A program made the position numbers and the translations under genes. From NCBI GenBank assembly GCA_030606485.1, contig JAUWGH010000001.1:630001-662000 (forward strand): a stretch of DNA of 32,000 bases, read 5' to 3'. Below the pieces are notes generated by a model that had not been told where the DNA came from, searched no databases, and worked only from the letters and a program-made list of their open reading frames with translations. Positions 1 to 8,273 of this stretch are shown here, piece by piece (positions within the stretch are counted from its first letter, which is position 1; every line of letters begins with the position of its first letter). The stretch is from Promethearchaeota archaeon (lineage in GTDB: Archaea > Asgardarchaeota > Lokiarchaeia > Sigyniarchaeales > SOKP01).

Positions 1-2
1 AC

Positions 3-128
3 AGATACTCAATAAATGATATTTTTTCGAAAAAGCCTAAATATTTTAGAAAATTTACATCTTTATTTGATGAGATTTTGGGTGATTTGAAGCTTAAAGA
101 AGAAGATCGATTTAAATCAATATTATAA
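3..128 (+). CDS. 3' end of a CDS truncated by the window edge (RYSINDIFSKKPKYFRKFTSLFDEILGDLKLKEEDRFKSIL*), unknown function
   Basis: Frame 3 is open from base 3 to TAA at 126-128 (41 codons), protein-like composition, co-directional with the next gene. Confidence 0.55.
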   Translation, partial: RYSINDIFSKKPKYFRKFTSLFDEILGDLKLKEEDRFKSIL

Positions 129-170
129 AAATTCAATTAAAAATATTTAAAGTAGAATGGGAAAAATACT

Positions 171-1358
171 CTGAGTTCCAATATCGGTTCCGAGGCTAAA
201 GCTAAATATGCAGAATATTTGGATGCAAAATCCCTTGAAGAAAAAATTAAAAAACTAGAAGAATTCATATCTTTAGTTCCAAAGCATAAGGCAACGGAAA
301 AAATTGTTGCTTTAAATAGAACAAGATTAGTTAAATTAAAAGGTGAACTGGAGTCTAACAAGAAAAGACAAAAGAAACTTAGCTCCAGAATTAGTCCTTT
401 CTCAGTAAAATCAGAGGGAATTCAAATAATATTAATTAGCGACTTTCATACTCTGGGTGCGGGAAAAACAACAATTTTTCATCATTTAACAGGAGCAAAA
501 TATGAAAATATCGGTAAATTCACAGCTATACCTCAAATAGGAATTTATAAATTTAATAAAATAAAATTTCAGATTGTTGACATGCCTGCAATTATGGAAG
601 GCGCCTCAAAAGGTGTGGGTCATGGAACTGAAATATTATCGGCTGTTCGCTCTGCAGATTTAATATGTTTATGTATAGATTTAAGTAGAGGCATCAAAAA
701 ACAAATGGGCTTATTATTAAGTGAATTTAGCAAGGCAAATATCCGAATTAATATAACATCACCACCAATTGAAATTGAAAAAACGGGTTCTAATAAAATT
801 CAAGTATTTTATTTAACCGAAGAAGCAAAAAAATATTTGAATATGGACGAAGATATTAAACAACTAGTAAAAGAAAGTGGTATCCATAATGCACTAGTAA
901 AAATCCATGGAAAAATTAATTTGGAAATGGTATCAGATGCGTTAAATCAATCAATTGCATATAAAAAAATGATCATTTTAGGAACTAAAGGCGATTTGCC
1001 TAATACTCAGAATCAATTTGATTTATTAAAAAAGAAATATAAAAATAAATTTCCATTAATCATTGGTGTTAGTGGAAAAAAAGGTGAAGGGTTTATTGAT
1101 TTTGGCAATAATATTTTAGAATTTCTCAATAAGATTAAAATTTTTACCAAATCGGGAAATAAAATAGCTGAACCACCTTTAATTGTTAATAATGATTCAA
1201 CTGTTAAAGATATAGCATTAAAAATACATAAAAGTTTTTATAAATACTTTAAATATGCCGTAGTCTACAGAAAAGGTTCAATTATGAATAAAAAAAGAGT
1301 AGGAATCAATTATTTACTTCAAAATGAAGATGTCGTTGAAATTTTTACTACAGTATAA
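171..1358 (+). CDS. DRG/Rbg-like OBG-family GTPase with C-terminal TGS domain; G motifs degenerate; probable CTG start at 171 (track start TTG 219)
   Basis: N-terminal SSNIGSEAKAKYAEYLDAKSLEEKIKKLEEFISLVPKHKATEK matches the archaeal DRG-like N-terminus. It has GAGKTT, FQIVDMPAIMEGASKGVGHGTEILSAVRSAD, TKGD and a TGS-like end (TVKDIALKIHKSF...VGINYLLQNEDVVEIF). An in-frame TAG lies at 153-155, with no ATG/GTG/TTG between it and 219. Confidence 0.88.
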   Translation: MSSNIGSEAKAKYAEYLDAKSLEEKIKKLEEFISLVPKHKATEKIVALNRTRLVKLKGELESNKKRQKKLSSRISPFSVKSEGIQIILISDFHTLGAGKTTIFHHLTGAKYENIGKFTAIPQIGIYKFNKIKFQIVDMPAIMEGASKGVGHGTEILSAVRSADLICLCIDLSRGIKKQMGLLLSEFSKANIRINITSPPIEIEKTGSNKIQVFYLTEEAKKYLNMDEDIKQLVKESGIHNALVKIHGKINLEMVSDALNQSIAYKKMIILGTKGDLPNTQNQFDLLKKKYKNKFPLIIGVSGKKGEGFIDFGNNILEFLNKIKIFTKSGNKIAEPPLIVNNDSTVKDIALKIHKSFYKYFKYAVVYRKGSIMNKKRVGINYLLQNEDVVEIFTTV

Positions 1359-1379
1359 ATATAAAGTAGGCTTTATTTA

Positions 1380-2330
1380 TTAATAATCTTCGATATCTTC
1401 CTCTTTTAATTTTAGGATATCTTTTATAACCTGAGATAGTTCTGATTCTTGGTTCGCGTCTTTTTCAAGTAACATTTTTGCCATTTCTTTAAATTTCTGA
1501 TACTCATTTCCAGAAGATATTTTTTGAATTTTTGAACCAAAAGAATATAGATTTAAATATGTGTCTCTATATTCTCCCTCAATAAGAGGTTTCTGACCAA
1601 TTTTTTTTAAAGACTCACTTAAAGATTCTTTTGCTCTTTGTAAATAATATTTAATTTTAAATTTTGTATCATCAATCTCTCTTTTTACCTGCTGGAATCT
1701 TTTCTGATATTGTCTATATCCATTATCATCCTTTAATTGATTAGAAATATCTAAAATGTTCTCAATTATCTTTTGTTTTCTTATTAAATTTTCGGTTTGA
1801 TTTAATCGATCTTCTAAAAATTGCTTTTCTTCTAATAAATCCTCAACTTTTTGGGGAGAGAGTGCCCCTTTTTGCTCCCAAATTGATTTTAAAACTTCCA
1901 TTTGATTATCCGTAAGAGTTTTTTCATCTATTAATGATTTTTCAGAAACAATTAACTGGGAAATTGGATGATCTAAAATCTTAAATATATCCTTTTGACC
2001 ATTCCAATCCATAAAAATTTCTTGATGTTTAAGTAAAACTTTAATTATCTTAGGAATAAGTTTATTAACTTTTTTATTATCTTCTTGGTCTATAATTAAA
2101 ACAAGATCAACATTAAGTCCAGAAATAGTAGTAATTTTTACGACATAGTTTCCGAGCTCAATATTCTTTAAATCTTTTGAGCCCTCTAATAGCATTTCTT
2201 GGATAAAGCTTTTAATCGCCGAGAAAAACGATGAAAATAACTCCATTTTTCCATGACTTATCCTTTGAAAACTCTTATCAAACATCAATAATCCGGATTT
2301 TGTTTGATAAAGGAAAATACTATAAAGCAT
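1380..2330 (-). CDS. Asgard-type longin-like domain protein with C-terminal coiled-coil/helical region
   Basis: N-terminal pattern YSIFLYQTKSGLLMF...LFSSFFSAIKSFIQEM...IELGNYVVKI...LVLII (beta-beta-alpha-beta-beta-beta-alpha, longin-like); charged heptad-rich C-terminal half. Confidence 0.7.
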   Translation of the reverse strand: MLYSIFLYQTKSGLLMFDKSFQRISHGKMELFSSFFSAIKSFIQEMLLEGSKDLKNIELGNYVVKITTISGLNVDLVLIIDQEDNKKVNKLIPKIIKVLLKHQEIFMDWNGQKDIFKILDHPISQLIVSEKSLIDEKTLTDNQMEVLKSIWEQKGALSPQKVEDLLEEKQFLEDRLNQTENLIRKQKIIENILDISNQLKDDNGYRQYQKRFQQVKREIDDTKFKIKYYLQRAKESLSESLKKIGQKPLIEGEYRDTYLNLYSFGSKIQKISSGNEYQKFKEMAKMLLEKDANQESELSQVIKDILKLKEEDIEDY

Positions 2331-2387
2331 GCCCTTATTGGAATCTTCTACAATTAATAAATAATTAGTATAACATCTATATATAAT

Positions 2388-5051
2388 TTAATTGTTTGAA
2401 ACTTTTGGATCTTTAATTTTTTCAATCATTTTTGGAATAAATAATAATTTCTCTTTTATATCCTCATTCAATTTTAGCGATTCACAAATATTTTTAATCG
2501 TCTGAAAAGAATGTATTAGACTTTCAAAAAAATCAATCAAATCACCGCGATATATAATAATCTCAGATTCTTTTAATAGATAATAGTAAATATCATCAAT
2601 TGAATATTTCTTATCGATTCTTAATGAGAGAATCAGGTTTTGGAGATTATTCAGCCCGCAATCACAATATGGTGCATCTTTGCATTCACAATTAAATAAG
2701 ATTTTAATCCAATTTGTCAAAATATCTATTAAAAATTTTGGAAAACTTCTTCTCTTTTTATAATTTCTACTTTCCATAATCGAAAGTATTGTTCCGGAAA
2801 ATAACTGATTAGATACATATTTGGCATTTAGGCTTTTTGATACCTCAGAAACGATCTTATTGCTAACATACACATTTTTTAAGGGCTCTAAATTCAAAGC
2901 GACGGTTTCTAATGGAATTTTCTCAATAAATATTTGATCCTTGATTAATAATGCTTCATTAATTGTCAAAAAAGATGTAGAGATCGCAGTTCCTAATTTA
3001 GTAGTTTTATATAGAGAAGCTTCTTTATTTATCAATTTCTTTTGTATAAGAACTTTCAAAAAATCATCTAACAAATAATCACTATTAATTAAATTCTCTT
3101 GAAACTCACGGATATCCTCATATTTTACAAATTTTTTCATGGTAATAAATGATAAAAGTTCAGTAAGCATTCGATCTTCATCTGGTTCAACTTCAATTGG
3201 TTCAAGTTTACCATTTAATAAATGAAGTGCGACCTTTTCCTCGGTTTCTTTATTTCTTAAATTAAAAATTCGATTGGGTATAACTAAAAGATAAATCTTG
3301 CCGAGATCATGCTTTTTAAATCGTCCAGCTCTGCCATACATTTGCTCAAATTCTGATACTTTTAGCCAATTGATCCCCATTGCAAGAGAATCAAATATCA
3401 CTTGACTTGCAGGAAAATCTACACCAGCTGCAAGTGCGGCGGTAGTAACTACGGCAGATATCTTCTGTTTAAGGAATAAATCTTCAATTTCTTTTTTTTC
3501 CTTATATGTCAATCCTGCGTGATATGCTTCAACTTTAATTCGTTTGCTTCTTAGATATTCGCTTAAAGTATGACAATTCTTTCTAGAATTAGTAAATACA
3601 ATTGTTTGGCCCTTAAATCCGTAATTTGAAACTTTAGAAAACTCATACTTTATAAGTTTAGACATATTTTTATTTTTTTCGTGTTCATTTAAACATAATA
3701 ATAGATGCCTTTCAACGGGAACTGGCCGTTCACTGTATCTAATTAATTTAGCATTCAATTCAGTTGCAATATCTTCTGGTTTTCCAACAGTTGCACTTAA
3801 ATATAAATATTGACTTTTATTAGGAAGAAATAATGATTTCAATCTAGAAATTAACCCATCAATAATGAATCCTCTTTCGGAGTCCCCCAAATTTTGAATT
3901 TCATCTACAATAATTGTTTTAAATTCACCTAATTTCAAAGGATTTCCGCTTCTGAGGAAAAAATCAAGCGCTTCATAAGTCCCCACAATAATTTGGGAAT
4001 TTCTTATATCTCCAGAATCATATAAATAATCTTCTCCAATTATTGTCTTTCCAACTCTTATGGCAACGTTGATCCCTAATTTGTTATATCTTTCTTTAAA
4101 TTCTTCATAACGTAAATTAGCTAAAGCCACAATCGGGACTAAATATAACATCCTATTTTTTTTATTCATTAATATCTTCTTTATACCAGCTAATTCGGCA
4201 ATTAAAGTTTTCCCAGAAGAAGTCTGTGATACAATCATTAAATTAATATTTTTATTTACATCGAGTAATCCTGATTCTATAGATTTAATTTGAATTGGCA
4301 GTAGTTCTCCATATCCTTCTTTTTTTAATAGTTCCTTAAACTCATCTGGAAGATCAATTTCATTAATAATTAATTTATATTCTCTTCCTTCCTCTTCCCT
4401 TTTTTCTAACAAATCATATAAAGTTAAATCAGAATTTTTCACCGGATTGAAATTTGGGGTGAAAGTAGTTAAAATTCTTTTAACATTCTTAAATTTTAAA
4501 ATTAAATGTTTCAAGAAATCTTTTAATTTTGGATTAATATCAATATCTCGCATTTTCAATTCATTTGTAATAAGAAAAAGAGCGCAATTAGGACATATTA
4601 ATTGGTTTTTAAAAGATTGGATTATTTCAGAATTATCCAACAAAGTAAATTTATTATTCTTTAGGCATGAATTACAAAGCGTTAAGCGCTCAATTTTATT
4701 AAATTGGAAGGATTTTAGCATTTCCAGTAAAGGTTTTAATTCATTTATATCTGTTTGATCTGAGATTGCCAAAAAATTATTTTTATTGGATTTTAAAAAT
4801 TCTTTAAATAATTTCGGATCAACAGGTTTAGTTCCTCCTTTGAGATATTTTTCAAATTTTACTGGGCGAATTTTGTTTTTAAGGTCCAATCCAAATGTCA
4901 ATTCGCCTTTAAAAAATGGCTGGCTAGAATAAATTAATTGCCTACCAGTTTTCTTTTTTAAATAGAATAAATAGACTGTAAATATTTCTTTTTTTGTATG
5001 TAATGGATTTCTATCAAGAACAATAAAAAAATCTTTATTAATTGAAACCAA
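2388..5051 (-). CDS. Archaea-specific superfamily II Ski2-like helicase (ASH-Ski2 / COG1202-like, DUF5814-like C-terminus)
   Basis: Q motif LLPIQ, motif I SQTSSGKT, motif II DEIQ, III LSAT, VI QMYGRAGR; N-terminal CNSC...CPNC and C-terminal CECKDAPYCDC Cys clusters; TTG start. Confidence 0.88.
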   Translation of the reverse strand: MVSINKDFFIVLDRNPLHTKKEIFTVYLFYLKKKTGRQLIYSSQPFFKGELTFGLDLKNKIRPVKFEKYLKGGTKPVDPKLFKEFLKSNKNNFLAISDQTDINELKPLLEMLKSFQFNKIERLTLCNSCLKNNKFTLLDNSEIIQSFKNQLICPNCALFLITNELKMRDIDINPKLKDFLKHLILKFKNVKRILTTFTPNFNPVKNSDLTLYDLLEKREEEGREYKLIINEIDLPDEFKELLKKEGYGELLPIQIKSIESGLLDVNKNINLMIVSQTSSGKTLIAELAGIKKILMNKKNRMLYLVPIVALANLRYEEFKERYNKLGINVAIRVGKTIIGEDYLYDSGDIRNSQIIVGTYEALDFFLRSGNPLKLGEFKTIIVDEIQNLGDSERGFIIDGLISRLKSLFLPNKSQYLYLSATVGKPEDIATELNAKLIRYSERPVPVERHLLLCLNEHEKNKNMSKLIKYEFSKVSNYGFKGQTIVFTNSRKNCHTLSEYLRSKRIKVEAYHAGLTYKEKKEIEDLFLKQKISAVVTTAALAAGVDFPASQVIFDSLAMGINWLKVSEFEQMYGRAGRFKKHDLGKIYLLVIPNRIFNLRNKETEEKVALHLLNGKLEPIEVEPDEDRMLTELLSFITMKKFVKYEDIREFQENLINSDYLLDDFLKVLIQKKLINKEASLYKTTKLGTAISTSFLTINEALLIKDQIFIEKIPLETVALNLEPLKNVYVSNKIVSEVSKSLNAKYVSNQLFSGTILSIMESRNYKKRRSFPKFLIDILTNWIKILFNCECKDAPYCDCGLNNLQNLILSLRIDKKYSIDDIYYYLLKESEIIIYRGDLIDFFESLIHSFQTIKNICESLKLNEDIKEKLLFIPKMIEKIKDPKVSNN

Positions 5052-5169
5052 TTTGCTGTCCCAAAATAATGACTATATCTATAACTATGAATTTATAAAA
5101 TATTTATCAATAATAACCTTTTCTTGAAAAAGAGCGAATTTAAGAAAATAAGAATGAATATTTGATTAG

Positions 5170-5331
5170 TTAAAATCCGAATATGGCTTTAATTCGATTG
5201 AAAATATCAAGGATTTGTTTTATTTTAGTTTCATCCCCTGTATTAAGAAAATGTTCAATCCATTGAGATAGACCCCCACTTTTTATCCAATCTAAAAAAT
5301 ATTCGACAGATTGTTTATCGACATCGGACAT
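5170..5331 (-). CDS. Small (53 aa) hypothetical protein MSDVDKQSVEYFLDWIKSGGLSQWIEHFLNTGDETKIKQILDIFNRIKAIFGF, not in the ORF track
   Basis: Manually translated: ATG at 5331-5329, TAA at 5172-5170. Purine-rich GGGATGATGAGA lies just upstream. It is visibly more GC-rich than the flanking 5360-5500 intergenic DNA and has amphipathic helical periodicity. Confidence 0.55.
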   Translation of the reverse strand: MSDVDKQSVEYFLDWIKSGGLSQWIEHFLNTGDETKIKQILDIFNRIKAIFGF

Positions 5332-5507
5332 TATCTCATCATCCCTTTTGAATACATGATTAATATATTTTCAAACTTATTTAATTCTTAATTATTATTA
5401 TTTATTACTTTTTTTATTGAGATATTTATTATATAAATAAAGTATTTAATTATTAATTTCTACTTTAATATATTATATTTTCAAAGTAAAATTTTAAGCG
5501 AAATAAA

Positions 5508-6461
5508 ATGCCTGAAGTAAGAATTAAAAGTCCAAATATTGATGATATTTTCAATAAATGGAAACAAAAAGCATATAGACTAAAGAAAAAAGAATTAGAA
5601 AAGCAATTTGGAACCAAAGGTGCAGTATTTTCACTTGATACTATTTCTGCTGGTGAAACGGTAAAAGAAACCATGAAAGAAGCATCCATCTACTTTTTAG
5701 TCGAACAGAAAGTAGAAGCATCCAAGGATCAGAAAGAAGAGCGTGGGACTATAAAAGAACTAAGTAAAAATACTTTTTATTCATTAAAAAGTGCTAAAAT
5801 TGATAAAAAAAAGTGGAAGGGACCTGATATTGTGCCAATGTATGATACAATAGAACCTGTACCTTGCAGTGATTGTAAAGGAAAAGGATACACCGAGACG
5901 AAATGCAAAGAATGTACCAACGGCACTAAAACAACCGATATGATAGTATTAACTGGCGCTGAAGCGAAAAAAGAAAAAAAACCGTTCAAGTATGATTGCA
6001 ATGTTTGTTATAAAACTGGAGTGATTAGAAACAGATGTAAAACATGTGATGGATACGGAACAACTTATAAATGGAAATTATTACCTGTGCCTTTCACATC
6101 TAAAATGGCTAATGTTCCGAAACTCTATTCAAGTGCTCCAACGAAATATGAAAAGCAAATTGGTGAAGAGTTAGGAGAATTAATTGAATCTGTTGAAGGA
6201 ATTAAATTTACTAATGTAAAGGATTTATCTGATAAAACAATTGAGCCAAACCTTGGTTACTATAATAAAAATATCTCGAAAGTAGTTAAAAGAGCTGCAA
6301 ATGACTATCAGAAATTTGAAAAGGACAAAGACTATAAGATTAAAAGCCAAATTTATGTATTCCCTCTAATACAAATATTTTGTGAGAGTAAAAAAGGGAA
6401 GAAATTCGAGATATATGCTGTTGGGAGCGAACAGAAGTTTATCACGTATAGCAATTTCTAA
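5508..6461 (+). CDS. DnaJ-type cysteine-rich Zn-finger protein without J-domain (SSUH2-like architecture)
   Basis: Four CxxC(xGxG) motifs: CSDCKGKG, CKECTNG, CNVCYKTG, CKTCDGYG. No HPD motif. The C-terminus IYVFPLIQIF...FEIYAVGSEQKF resembles my recollection of the SSUH2 C-terminal pattern. Confidence 0.7.
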   Translation: MPEVRIKSPNIDDIFNKWKQKAYRLKKKELEKQFGTKGAVFSLDTISAGETVKETMKEASIYFLVEQKVEASKDQKEERGTIKELSKNTFYSLKSAKIDKKKWKGPDIVPMYDTIEPVPCSDCKGKGYTETKCKECTNGTKTTDMIVLTGAEAKKEKKPFKYDCNVCYKTGVIRNRCKTCDGYGTTYKWKLLPVPFTSKMANVPKLYSSAPTKYEKQIGEELGELIESVEGIKFTNVKDLSDKTIEPNLGYYNKNISKVVKRAANDYQKFEKDKDYKIKSQIYVFPLIQIFCESKKGKKFEIYAVGSEQKFITYSNF

Positions 6462-6502
6462 ATTTAATTATTTTTTAGTTTTTTAGACTTGTTAAGACCA
6501 AT

Positions 6503-7105
6503 TTAAAGTAAATCGATATCAATTTTTTTAGATTTAACTTTCTTTTTCACATTTTCTAATTTTTCTTCAAGCAACTCGCTATAAATCTGTGCAAGGTAAA
6601 AATTTTCCTTTAATTCCTCATCATAACCGGTTAATTTTTCAAATCTTTTATTTAAAGTATAATTGATAACTTTTTTTCTAAAACCAATGAATAAAACTAC
6701 TATAATACCACAAATAATTAAAAGTATCGCGATATACAGATTGTAATGAAATCCCTGAGTCTCACAAAACAAATGATAGAAGAAATAGGAAATAAGACCA
6801 CCAATGTTCACAAATGCTATATCAAAAATTGCATTAAGACCTGAATCACGGCGACCTTCGAATTTTAATCCAGCTTTAAATAGAATAACATTTTCAAATA
6901 ATTCCCAAATTAGAGCACTAAATTGTAAAAATGAAAATGCATCAGGGGGTAGAAATAAATTTAATAATATCGGGAATCCAATTAATCCCATTAATATATG
7001 CCCGAACGTGTAATAATCAATACCCGTAGTTCCTACTTGGATTAAAGTTTTTGCAAATATTGGCAAACTTTTATCGTCTTTTTTACTTGACTTCTTTTTT
7101 TCCAT
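6503..7105 (-). CDS. Multi-pass membrane protein with HxxxG / WExxE / D..D motif (DUF2585/VanZ-like putative membrane metal-dependent hydrolase) and C-terminal coiled coil
   Basis: TFGHILMG, LIWELFEN and DSGLNAIFDI lie within about 4 hydrophobic segments; charged C-terminal tail. Confidence 0.6.
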   Translation of the reverse strand: MEKKKSSKKDDKSLPIFAKTLIQVGTTGIDYYTFGHILMGLIGFPILLNLFLPPDAFSFLQFSALIWELFENVILFKAGLKFEGRRDSGLNAIFDIAFVNIGGLISYFFYHLFCETQGFHYNLYIAILLIICGIIVVLFIGFRKKVINYTLNKRFEKLTGYDEELKENFYLAQIYSELLEEKLENVKKKVKSKKIDIDLL

Positions 7106-7297
7106 AATTTCTCACAATTTAATTTAGTTTATCTTACCAATAAAAATTATATCGATTTTATTCATTAATTAATATAAAATCTGACTGTTTTAGATTTATT
7201 GGTTTATATTAAAAATATAAATGATTCTATTTATGGATCAAGATTAATTTAAAAATCCTTAAGTGAATTCAGAATATTTTTTTTATTGATAATAAAA

Positions 7298-7338
7298 TTT
7301 ATATGTAAGTTTGAACTTATTATAAGTTGAAACTTATA
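7298..7338 (+). promoter_or_regulatory. TATA box (TTTATATG 7298-7305, A-rich BRE-like upstream) followed by two tandem palindromes TAAGTT-N2-AACTTA (7306-7319; 7323-7336, extended TATAAGTT-GA-AACTTATA 7321-7338)
   Basis: Read directly: aataaaatttatatg-taagtttgaactta-t-tataagttgaaacttata, 35-70 nt upstream of the ATG at 7373. Confidence 0.6.
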
Positions 7339-7372
7339 TATTTATTACATAACTCCCTATTTAGAAAAGGAT

Positions 7373-8155
7373 ATGAGTGAGTTAAAAGATTACACCAATA
7401 ATAAGGAAATGCGCTCCTCAATTAAGATAGCCACGACAGCAATGATGATTGTTTTGGTCTGTATCGTTACCATGATATTTTCAGTTTATTTACCATCAAG
7501 TAATGGATTTTTTAATGTTGGTGAAGCAATGGTTTATATTAGCGCAATATTATTTGGTCCATATGTTGGTGCTATTTCGGGCGGAGTGGGTTCAATGTTA
7601 GCGGATTTTTTATTAGGATTCCCTCATTATGCTCCTGGAACGTTAATTATTAAGGGAATTGAAGGATATCTTGTAGGTTTTTTTTATTTTAAGATGAAAA
7701 AATTAGAATTATCTCAGAAAAATTGGTATATTTTAACGATTTTAATAGCATTTCTAATCAATTTAGCCGTAATTCTTATTGGACTTATATATTATCAAGG
7801 TTTAGCTTATGTTGGTGGATATATTGGAGGAACTCCTATTTGGGAAATTACTGCAGAATTTAATATGATATTATGGCTCATAATAGGTGTAATTGGATTC
7901 ATTTCTATCGTTGTTATTGGATATAAATATAGTCAAGATATTGGACTTAAAATAATTTCTATGTTATTAGGTGGGATTATTATAGTAATTGGCTATTTTT
8001 TATATGCGACATTTGTTTTACAGTATGCAGGGGCATTTACAGAAATTCCATTTAATTTTCTTCAATCTTTTATTGGAATATTAATCGCTGTTCCAACCAT
8101 TTCTTCCTTAGAAAAATACAGCGGGGTTATTGCATTCACTAGATTTAAAAAATAA
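7373..8155 (+). CDS. ECF transporter S component (stand-alone) with an internal hydrophobic insertion
   Basis: FNVGEAMVYISAILFGPYVGAISGGVGSMLADFLLGFPHYAPGTLIIKGIEG and C-terminal EIPFNFLQSFIG..IAVP are typical S-component motifs; about 8 hydrophobic segments instead of 6. Confidence 0.85.
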   Translation: MSELKDYTNNKEMRSSIKIATTAMMIVLVCIVTMIFSVYLPSSNGFFNVGEAMVYISAILFGPYVGAISGGVGSMLADFLLGFPHYAPGTLIIKGIEGYLVGFFYFKMKKLELSQKNWYILTILIAFLINLAVILIGLIYYQGLAYVGGYIGGTPIWEITAEFNMILWLIIGVIGFISIVVIGYKYSQDIGLKIISMLLGGIIIVIGYFLYATFVLQYAGAFTEIPFNFLQSFIGILIAVPTISSLEKYSGVIAFTRFKK

Positions 8156-8273
8156 ATCTTACTCACTTTTCTAATTTACAAATTTTCAAGGATAATAATT
8201 ATGTTTATAAATTAATTAAATCTGAACTATATGTTATAATCATTATTTACTTACTATTTCTGAGTTAATTACA

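Noticed and set aside
5508-6461. Annotation as DnaJ chaperone
   Set aside because: No J-domain or HPD motif, no G/F region; only the Cys-rich repeats are shared.
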